Notes under the pieces: model-generated
What the model was told of the DNA's origin: nothing
The model's database searches: none
Seen by the model: the letters and a program-made list of their open reading frames with translations, nothing else
In this document: one piece after another, positions 14,901 to 24,419 of the stretch
How positions within the stretch are numbered: position 1 is the first letter of the stretch
Layout of the letters: each line of letters opens with the position of its first letter
Source of the DNA: Azolla caroliniana
Lineage: Eukaryota > Plantae > Polypodiophyta
Assembly (NCBI GenBank): GCA_043228905.1
Contig: JBHGNT010000010.1
Coordinates: 2,356,001-2,420,000 of the forward strand
Reading direction: 5' to 3'
DNA length: 64,000 nucleotides
Program-made: the position numbers and the translations under genes

Positions 14901-14989
14901 CATGGTTGACATTTCGTAACTTTTCTAGCACTGTCAATTGCCGCAAAAGAAGTCAATTTAACTTTGTAACATATTTCTTACCCAACTTG

Positions 14990-15760
14990 TGAATTAAAAG
15001 GAAGGCATTTCAGCATATTCCTGTAGAACCATAACCCCCAATACCTTAATAACTCAAAAATAATTTGGAAATGAGACATAAATTCATTGTTCTCCATATG
15101 TACAAAAACCCAACTCAAGCAAGATAGTCTTACTCCAGTTAAAGACATCCACACTAAGTTGATACATCTCCAAATAATTCTAGTCATCACGCATGAAAGA
15201 AATCAATGTCTAGTATGTTCCAATTCCACCAAACAAAAGAAATACATTCCTCAAGCAATGTTTCTTTTGTTTAATACATCCCCCGATGGTAAAGCTCTAG
15301 CCATGACTCTCCAAATGAATTCCTTAGCTCGTAGCATCAATTGAGAACACCAACTTGCCTTGATCACATGAAACTGCCAAGTAATGGGCTTATGAAAACC
15401 CATATCTTTATTACCCTTTCTTCCATCCACTTATGTTTGACGATCAACTTGTGATAAACATCATTTGTTAATATCATAATCAATCTCCTATTTCCAAAAA
15501 GTGTCCAATCAAGCGCTTGAGATACCCCAATCTAAGTAAGGAATTGGCTCATATAATGGTAATAATCTTTGCAACTTTTCCGAAATAAAGGAATAGCCTC
15601 TTGGAATACAAAATGTTGATCTTGTTGTTCGAAAGGCCATTAATATTCTTTCTCATATACCAACATAGGAGATGGGGGATTAGGGGATGCACAAAGAAAC
15701 TGGCCAACTATGCACATTTTCCCCTAAATAAGCATGAGAATTTAAGTATCACGATTTGAT
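14990..15760 (-). mobile_element. Decayed L1 LINE ORF2 C-terminal (zf-RVT) fragment
   Basis: Minus strand reads SWCSQLMLRAKEFIWRVMARALPSGDVLNKRNI...FCLVELEHTRH.FLSC..TRIIW...LRYWGLWF, i.e. the L1 K-x-F-x-W-x6-LP and E-x-x-x-H-x3-C-x5-W pattern, with stops. Confidence 0.7.
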
Positions 15761-16018
15761 GCAATGCTTTGAATTTGACCATATTTAAGTCGCCTTCCCT
15801 ACACAATCAATTTGACTAAATCTCTACACACATTCCTCTTACAACCATGAGTGCACTCGCAATTGCAACATTCATTAATAAAATTCTTGAACATTGTGAG
15901 TTACTACGTAATTAAACAAACAATGTGAAAATGTTTCACTTTTGGTCTCATAAATCATATTTGACATTTTCCAATGAGAATAAATTTTCTGCTACTTAGC
16001 GGAGAGAGAGAGAGAGAG

Positions 16019-16095
16019 ATGAAGAAATTAGGTTTCGAATCCAAGACACAGTGCTTGTAGTGTTATCGACTTACCACTAAGGTAAGCTAATTACG

Positions 16096-16150
<55 letters not shown>

Positions 16151-16350
16151 CAATTGGTAAGGTTGCCCAATGGAGACTAGTGGTCATGGGTTCAACCCTT
16201 ACATTCTACAGTGGCATCTAGTGTACATTCTACAGTGGCATCTAGTGAATTAAGAGTATGGAGTAATAAAGAAGTGATAAAATTGGGTTTCGAACCCGAG
16301 ATATATTGTTAATAATGTAGATGACTTACCAATAAGGTAAGTTAATTACA
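16019..16350. mobile_element. tRNA-derived SINE-like modules within (GA)n: minus module 16019-16096, plus module 16147-16215, minus module ~16275-16350
   Basis: Plus module AGCTCAATTGGTAAGG...GGGTTCAACCC has A- and B-box-like motifs. Minus modules read ...TTAGTGGTAAG...GGATTCGAAACC and ...TTATTGGTAAG...GGGTTCGAAACCC. A 24-bp internal duplication sits at ~16200-16247. Confidence 0.65.
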
Positions 16351-16820
16351 ATTAAGAAAGAAATATATATTAATGTCTTCTAAGGCCAAAATTTGGCCCA
16401 TGAGACAATTGGTTTACAACAAAATGGGATATTTACCCATTCATCGAAAGTAAAAATAAAATAAAATAGAGCTTAAGCTAAAAGTTCTAGTAAAATAACA
16501 AACATGTTCTACAATGAAATGGCTTTATACTAGGCCTAGTTTCATCTCCATCCAAGTCTCTCGAAAAGAAGCGGGAGGTCAAAGGGTTTCGATGTGGATG
16601 TGGCCCCCCGTGGTCCCAATGTAGAAGGTACCCCAACCATAGCTTCTAGTCGGTGTAGTTCGCGTTCCCTTATCTTCTTAATCGTTTCTACTCCACGTCG
16701 AGTTGGTTTGAAGCCCAACATCCGAGGGCATTTGGTTGTTCTTTGCATTTCTGCTTCCTCAAGAGAGAGCCCGAGTGGCGTAAGTGTATCCACATTCATG
16801 AGACAGAGACAGAACCTAAA

Positions 16821-17002
16821 TGGATGTAGCTAGTTGGTAAGGTTGCCCAATGGAGACTAGAAGGTCATGGGTTCAACCCCTATATTCCACACTGGCATCT
16901 AAATTAAGAGGATATATATGGAGTAATAGAGGTGAGAAATTGGGTTTCGAACCCAAGACGTAGTGCTAGTCGTGTAACAACCTACCACTAGGGTTAATTA
17001 CG
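16821..17002. mobile_element. Second copy of composite SINE-like element with two convergent tRNA-like heads
   Basis: Plus head TGGATGTAGCTAGTTGGTAAGG...GGGTTCAACCCCTATATTCCA (16821-16889). The linker matches copy 1. The minus head at 16933-17002 reads TAACCCTAGTGGTAGG...GGGTTCGAAACCCAA and is followed by (GA)n. Confidence 0.65.
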
Positions 17003-18194
17003 AGAGAGAGGAGAGAGAGAATGGCACAAAGGTTGATGTAGGTTTGTATATTGGGAATTAAGGAAAATGTCGAAATGTACGTAAAATGGGTTGTAAATTT
17101 GGATGTAGGTTTGTTTATTGGGAAGAAACGAAAAATACCTAAATGTATGTAAAATGGATCATAATATTGTCTACCAAATTGGTTCAAGTATTTTGACATC
17201 ATATTTTGACTAAGTTAACTGAAATTTAAGATTTTATTTCTTCCATTCCTAAGTGACTTTTTCGTCTAAAAATGACGAAGATAGCACATGTCAAAGCTTG
17301 AGTTTTAGTTTTAAAAGTGGTTTAAAAGTATAAATAGCTTCTATATATGAGAGACAATGTATACATGAACAATGAGAATAGCTAGTGAACTCTTTCAATT
17401 ATGTGTCAAGAGAGGGAAAACAAGGGGACAATAAACACGCTTTAGGATAAAGTATGTGACAAAATAAATCTTCTTTGACGAAAATAAAATGACCATAGTA
17501 TCAATAACACAAAAGAGCTTACCTTTGTGCAGACGTTATGACAGTATATTCTATCATATATCATTGCCATGTCTCATGTGAGTTATTTATGATAAAGAGA
17601 ACCATATTTGTCGTAACCATTGAAAAAAATATCACAGATCTCACATGGATAAAGACCAACCATATTTGATAGACAAAAAACAAAAAGACCGACATTGTGT
17701 ACAAGACAAATGAGAAAATGTATTCAAGTATATAGATTGGATAGTGCAATTGGTATTTGTGTATGGTATTCAATATGAAATCATTGTTATCCCCTTGATG
17801 TGGTGCTCACCTTTTTATGATTATGGCATTAATATTATGGACTTTGTTATCTCCACCTTGTGTTTTCTTTTCTTTTCCAAAATATAACTCCATCCATTAG
17901 TTATAAAATTTTACAGATGAGAGTGTTATATACAAATCCCTGTAGGGATGTGGGATGGGGATGTGATAGTTCCATCTCATATGAATGTCTAGTGACTCAA
18001 GAAAGGGAGAGGATTGTGAAAATACTCATATTGCTTAAAGAAAGAATAATGTAAACCCCTTGTATACAAGGTGATATCAATTATACCCATGGTGATTTTC
18101 ATTATATCAAAACTACCTTGGTTGTACAACGACTAAGCCATAAATTATTTGATGTTTGTAATACTTATACCCCAGTATTTTGGATCAACCCCAA

Positions 18195-18900
18195 ATGGAA
18201 TTCATGCTTTCACATCTCTACAACTAAAAGGCACGTGTTCTAGATTTGGAAATCAATCATTTAAAAAGAAAATATAGAGTCGTGCCTATTGTAACTTTAG
18301 TGGGTTGTAAACTAAAGTTCATGTGGATGTGAATTTTAAATCTCGCTTTTTTGGGAAGTCACAAAGCTTGTTGCCTAACATGATGATATGCAACATTATA
18401 TATGAGATTCACACATAGATGAAATGTTGCAATGTATGGACTTATTTGGTGAAGTATGAAATTTGGCATTCTCTCTTATTTGCAATCAAAAGGCCATGCA
18501 TTATGGATTTGAATCTCACTTGTTGGAGAAAAACTAAAAAAACATGCCGTCCGTAACTTTAGGAGGTTGTTAGTAAAAATATATAGGTATGATGTGAATT
18601 CAGATCTCACTTTTTGGTGAAAACTTAAAGAGCATTGCCTAACATCATGGTGTGCAACTTATATGTGAGATTGATCTCACATTAACAATAAACTATTGCA
18701 TTTTGTCATCTTGTTCAGTTGCAAATAGAAATTTAATTTCTCTCGTCTCAGTTATTAAAAAGTACGTATTGTAGATCTTAATATACAAGTCTAGAGACTA
18801 TTTCAAACTGTAATGTTTATCCTACTTGTAGGAGATTGCGAGCTAAGACTTAGATATGATGCAAGTTTCATTTTGACATTCACATCACCACTTATGAAGC
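18195..18900. repeat. Degenerate ~265-bp tandem repeat (~2.5 copies)
   Basis: GATGTGAATT..ATCTC.CTTTTTGG...TTGCCTAACAT.ATG.T.TGCAAC occurs at ~18327 and ~18591. AAAAGG/AAAAGT...GTAACTTTAG.GGTTG-like blocks occur at ~18227, ~18488 and ~18758. Confidence 0.55.
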
Positions 18901-20421
18901 TTGTTGCATGTCAACATGATTTTGGACGAACAAAAAAATTTAAAAATTGAAGTCATTCTAGAACAAACATCAAATGAGCTTGACATTGAAGTAGACAAAT
19001 TACAATTGCCTTGAATCTTAATATTTGCAAAAAAATGATGATTCACAACATGTTATATTGTAGAGTTTAATCGGATGAATTTATTGTTATAATGAAGCAC
19101 ACCTTTTAATTCTGTGAATGAAATAAAGTGAGCACAGTACAAGTATGCTCTTTTGGAGAGGAGGAGCACGAGCACGAGCACGACAGGAGAGTGCGCACCA
19201 GGCCGGCCGGGATAGAGAGGAAGATCGCAGATGAGGGACAAACCCGTCCTTTTGTCGGTTCCCACACGAACCCCCATTTTCCTTCACTACAGTCCAATTG
19301 TAGCTGCACCGACACTTTGTACCCTGCACAATCGCCGCCCCACCACCCAATAACACCTCTGCCACCTTTTAATGTTTCAGGCCTTCCTTTCTTTGACTCT
19401 AGATCTATCCTTTCTTTCCAACCTTCTCCCTTCTTCCACTCCCCTTTTTAACGACTCTCTCCTTCCCCTTATAATATCTATCTATCTATATCTAACAAAT
19501 ATGGAAACCCTAAACATCGTCACAATCGAACACACATTTCAAACACGATCCTCAAGGCTCGGAAAAGACCACGTGTGGGAAGGACAAGTCACATTAAGAC
19601 ACTAATGAGGAGCTTTGTTGGGACTATATCAAGTGGAGCAGCAACAAGCCAAATTGACAACTTGAAGGTCACCCCTTACATCGTAGCCCTACAAGACGCA
19701 ATTGATCATGATATCTCAAGCAAGGACGTTGAACAACACCCGAAAGAAGCCTGAATTGGCTAAGAATATAGCACAAGCTAGTGAACAAACTATGTGTACA
19801 CGTTTCGGCGGTGAAAACTAATGGATCGACAATGACCTCATTCTCTTTTCTGTTGTTGCTCCCAGACTAGGAAACCTAGCCCAAGTCCAAGATTAAAGAT
19901 ACTCTAAGTAGTCAAGCAACATGTTCTGTAATAGGAACAAGAGATGAAGGCCTCATGAATGAACCAAAAAAGAATTGGTATAACAAAGAATTCTAGAGCA
20001 CCATGGATAAGGAGGAACCTCACCTCTGGCACATTCATCTTCTAATTGTCACTAACACACAAATAAATTGGGGCCTTTACTATTTCTATGGGGAACAGGA
20101 AGCGATTGTTGGAGCTCAACAAATAGCCCAAAAGCTCAATTCGTGGATATGGACCATCATCCCATTAGTGAAAATTATTAGGTTTTTGAGATTGCTCCCC
20201 ACAAACAACATGTTGTACAAAGCATCAAGAACACTTGGTAATCTCCCACCCCTTCCATGCTCATGATTGTCGTAACATGGAATGTGCTGGGACTCGAGAT
20301 TCGACTTGACTAGCAAAACAGATGGAAATTGAGTTGCGTGATATTTGGCATTCAACCAACTTCCAATGCAAAAGTGATCTCTTTTGTAAAGAATCGGATG
20401 GATTTTGTGCAACGGAAGTAT

Positions 20422-20486
<65 letters not shown>

Positions 20487-20508
20487 CTAATATATAGATA
20501 GATTATAT

Positions 20509-20943
20509 TATCGTCTTCGCGTTACTCCTTGGGGCCGGACTAGCCCTAACACAGGGTGCCCCTTAGGACACTTCACCAAAGGGTGGTGCAAGTGGGGTAG
20601 GCGTAGACCGTGATACAATGTATTCCTTACCGGCTACTAACCGATGTGGTTAATGATTGTAATACACACGTAAGATAGATTATAGTAAGCACAAAACGGT
20701 AATTAACTAAGCTTCAAGGATTAAACCAGATGTAGAACAACAACACTTTAATTAATAAACCGTTATCTGATTACAAACAGACCGGGTGGTCCTTTTATAG
20801 GTCACCGGTTCTGGGTACGAACCGGTCCGGATCCGGATCGGCATACCGATCCCAAGTCCGTCCGTTCGCTTCAATAATTATAGATTAATTCTAAAACAAA
20901 TATCCCTTCCCCATTCTGGACTTTAAGTCTTTGCCAGTCAACA
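20509..20943 (-). mobile_element. Probable solo LTR (left end uncertain)
   Basis: Ends in ...GTCAACA (TGTTGAC on minus). Minus-strand TATA CTATAAAAGG at ~20791-20800. CpG-rich relative to flanks. No clean TSD. Confidence 0.5.
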
Positions 20944-20944
20944 C

Positions 20945-21630
20945 TTCAGAGGTCAATTATGATCTATGAGACCAAAAGTATTACATTTCACGTGATACGT
21001 GTGAAAGCGAGTAGTGACTCTCGATGTTCAACTTTACCAATGAATGTTGCAATCGAGAGTGCACATTGTGGTTGTCAGAGGAATTCATGCAAGGATTGGG
21101 CTCGGTCGAAGAGATGTGGAAAGCATGGTCGAATATGATCAAAGGCAGAGCATTGTATCAAAGTGTGATACTCAGACTCACGAACTTGTTTAGAGTAAAG
21201 TGTGCATGGCCGAACACTCTCATCACTTGTGCCCCAATGCCATGTCTCACATCGCAATGCATGTGAGCTAAGTCGCATGGAAGCAATGGTTCGAATGGTA
21301 GAGAACGGTATGGGCTCTAACACGTATCAATGTGTACGATTTCCCCGTTCCGCAAAGAATATGGTTTTGTAGTTAGGTGCAACATGTGTAGTATAATGTG
21401 TGAAGCGTGAGCCTCCACATTTGTCCCATGTCATGATACATTGGCATTGCAAAAAGGCCTCATTTACAGAGGAATCTAATGATGCATCATGAAGCAAGTG
21501 TCTCACATCCCATCTACCAAATCATTTTTTTATATCTTGCATCCAACCGGAACACAAAATTTTGCTTTTATGCGTCTTTTGGATCTTTTTGCTTGCTTCC
21601 CATGCAATTCTAGGAAGTCGATGTGAGGGA
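20945..21630 (-). mobile_element. LINE ORF2 3' fragment (RTE-X/CR1-like C-terminal cysteine/histidine motif)
   Basis: Minus strand reads PSHRLPRIAWEASKKIQKTHKSKILCSGWMQDIKK*FGRW (~21510-21630), then ORF 21075-21323 IASMRLSSHALRCETWHWGT...RPCTL...RESEYHTLIQCSAFDHIR. Confidence 0.75.
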
Positions 21631-21633
21631 CTT

Positions 21634-21946
21634 TTTTGAACCTTAAGAGAGAAAGAGAGATCTCACGATTACAGAAAATCAGAAAACTGTATTATAGAGA
21701 AAACAAGAACAACCAACATTTACAACGAGAGGGAGAAGGTGCTTATGTAGTCACCTTCTCTCTAAGTTCTCTAACTAGTACAACCTCTTGGGAAAGAGGT
21801 TGTGTCTTAACTCCCTAAGGAATATGTGTCATAGGACATTAACTTCTATGGCACACTAGTTATTATACAAGGAGGTAGGGTGTTCACACACTTGAGTATC
21901 CTAGAGTGTGTTCCCACTCACGGAAAGTTGAGTTTGATTCTCAACA
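21634..21946. mobile_element. Possible short solo LTR
   Basis: Sharp right end ...TTCTCAACA. Left end TTTTGAACC could be a mutated TGTTGA. It abuts the LINE fragment. TSD is not convincing. Confidence 0.4.
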
Positions 21947-22179
21947 TCTTTTATTCTCCTGATTAGATGGGAGGAATATTGGACCCACCCTTTCTCACAT
22001 CGGTTGCATTATTGTGGGGGGAGGCACTAGAAGCAAAGGGAGGCTAGTGTCACATAGCTCTAGGAACTACATTCTCCAACCAATCCTCGGTAATTGGCCA
22101 TTTTCAGATGCACCGAAAGTGGGGTTTGTTTCAGCCTCAAATCCCTCACACTATTTACAAGGTTACAAAGGTGAAGGAA

Positions 22180-23214
22180 CAACCACCCAATGGTCATTTC
22201 CCGTCAAGGACTCATAATCATCCAAGAAATTGGGCCTATCTAAACTAACAAGAGCTTCAAATCTATTAAATGGTATCATCAAGACTAACAATAGGGACGC
22301 TAAAGAAAAGTGACAAAGGGCTAGGTGGGGACTATTTGCCCTACAATAACTCCAATAAAGATGTCCATCATGTAGTTGGATCGCAGGACAGGTTGCCAAG
22401 CGAAACACGAACTCTTCATGGCAGAAAAAGCAATCTATGACATGCAATTTCATGGAACTTGTAGGGGTCAATGGATTCAAGTAGGGGGCAACACCATGGA
22501 GGAATTCTTCCGATGCAAAGGATAGAGGCATGCTAGAACAATAATGTGCAGCCTCAACCGGGAGGATGCTCGACCACGGAGGATGGCAAATAAATGAGAA
22601 ACATAGCCAAAACATACTATAAATGCCTACTTACCGAAGATAGACTTGCCACATGGAAAGACACGAGAGATGATATTATCTTCTAGAGCATACCCCAAAA
22701 AGTCATGACTGAAATGAACACATGGCTTGCTCGCCCCCTATAGATCATCGAAATATGGGACGCACTCTCCAAGTTGGATGCAGGTAGTAGTCCTAGAATC
22801 AATGGCTGAACTCCTCACTTCTTCACTAGCATTTAGGATATTATTAAAGGAAACCTCCTCCAAGCGTGTGAAGAGATCATCACATCTGGTAATATGACGA
22901 AGGAATATGGGCAAGGGATGATACATCTCATTCCCAAAGGTGGTGGAAATGCCAATGACATCAATAAGTGGCAACCTATAACTCTTCTCAATATTGTCTA
23001 CAAGCTGCTAGCAAAAATCGTGACATGCCACCTAGCACCCCTTCACCCTAAACTCATTCACTCCCCCAAAACAAGCTTCGTTAAAAATAAAAGTATCCTA
23101 GACAATCTCTTCTTGTTCTAGGAAGCAATAGCCCTTGCCAAGCGACGACCAACAAGGTAGTTGTGGTGGTTCTAGATTTTGAGAAAGCATACAACAGAGT
23201 ATGGTGGGATTTTC
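22180..23214 (+). mobile_element. Decayed L1 LINE RT fragment, cut at 23214 by an LTR insertion
   Basis: ORF 22894-23121 GMIHLIPKGGG...KWQPITLLNIVYKLLAK...SILDN continues to LDFEKAYNRVWWDF, ending exactly at the TGTTAG at 23215. The upstream boundary is approximate. Confidence 0.8.
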
Positions 23215-23664
23215 TGTTAGAAATATGTCCCTCCAGTGGGAGAAGCGACTGCTCGAAAAGAGTCGATAGTCGAAGACAGGGAGCAACTGACTGATCGGAT
23301 GAGAGCCGACGGTTGAGGAGTCGACTTAGAGAGAGTCGATCAAGGTCAAAGACACGACTGGTTGGTCGGGCCGACTGGAATGTCGATGACCAGGCCGACT
23401 AGTTGGACTGACTAGGCAATTGACGAATGAGTCGGTTGATTAGTAAGACTATTATTATTATTATTGGATAATGATAATGGCCATGATTGTAAATAGCCCA
23501 TTCTATGTATTAGTATAAATACACCTAGGGCAAACAGAACATGTGGACATATATGGGTGAGCCTCTGTAGCGTAGTGTGAGAGAGAAGAGAGTGTGTGGG
23601 AGCATGAGTGAATGAGCGGCGCCATAGCTGTGTTTTAAAAACAACATACGCCAAGAGCCCTACG
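23215..23664 (+). mobile_element. Partial LTR (U3-like), interrupted by the Gypsy LTR at 23665
   Basis: Starts TGTTAG exactly where the LINE reading frame stops. Contains repeated GTCGA/CCGACT motifs and TATA (GTATAAATA ~23513). No matching second LTR in the window. Confidence 0.6.
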
Positions 23665-24150
23665 TGTCATGATATGGCAAGACTCGAACCCATAACCTTA
23701 TGTTATATGGGTCGAGCTCTTGACCATTACATTATCTATTGTAACACGTAGAATTTTATTTTCATTTAAGTTTTACTATAGTATTGTATATTCCAGATTT
23801 CTCTGGAACATTCTAGAAGCTTCAGGACTATTCCTGAGAACACTATAAAAAGAGGCATAAGGCATTATTTCGAACCAAATTGGTTCAACACTAGTCTTAA
23901 GCCTCATAGCTATTTTGTACTTACTCTTCACATAATATATCATATGTTATCATCATCCTCTCTCTCTCTCTCTCTCTCTTTCGTAAATAATGGCTTTCAT
24001 TACGAAAGAAAAAACACCACCATGACTAACTTACAACAAACTATAGAACCCCTTCTATCTAGGGATCTAAAGAAAACTACGACACCAAACTCAATGCCAC
24101 CCTACACACCAATTCATATGGCGAATATGATGATATGTGACCTTGCAGAG

Positions 24151-24181
<31 letters not shown>

Positions 24182-24269
24182 GAGTCTTACGTAGTTCGTC
24201 CTCTTAGTACTAATAGTACTTCCTTTCTCTAGTACTAATTATCTCTATGTTTTAGTACTATTCCTGACA
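23665..24269 (+). mobile_element. 5' LTR of Tf1/Tcn1-type Gypsy retrotransposon (contains the TC-embedded insertion at 23958-24180)
   Basis: TGTCA...TGACA termini; TATA (TATAAAA) at 23844-23850. Followed directly by GTTTGAACCAATTT, which is complementary to 23877-23888, and then by gag. Confidence 0.85.
23958..24180 (-). mobile_element. ~190-bp dispersed element embedded in (TC)n, copy 2, inserted in the Gypsy LTR
   Basis: Homologous to 14678-14900 and flanked by TC runs on both sides. Confidence 0.7.
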
Positions 24270-24283
24270 GTTTGAACCAATTT
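24270..24283 (+). promoter_or_regulatory. Self-priming-type primer binding site of the Gypsy element
   Basis: 24272-24283 TTGAACCAATTT is the exact reverse complement of AAATTGGTTCAA at 23877-23888, 33 nt after the TATA start. It does not begin with TGG as tRNA-primed PBSs do. Confidence 0.8.
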
Positions 24284-24419
24284 CTTCCTTTGGTCTTCTT
24301 TTCAGTTTCCCTCATCCTCTTACCCCTTTTTCCAATACTAGGGCTACTGTTAGCGCCCAGGAATATCAATCCGTTTTTTCCGAGCTACAGTGTCTAAAAG
24401 AAAAATTCGTTGCATTGGA

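Noticed and set aside
16542-16833. 85-aa and 79-aa ORFs between the SINE-like copies
   Set aside because: No recognisable motif, splice context or start context; possibly a TE scrap, but unsupported.
16821-16889. Possible functional tRNA gene
   Set aside because: A/B boxes are present but the anticodon arm does not pair, and it is part of a repeated composite unit; treated as a SINE-like head.
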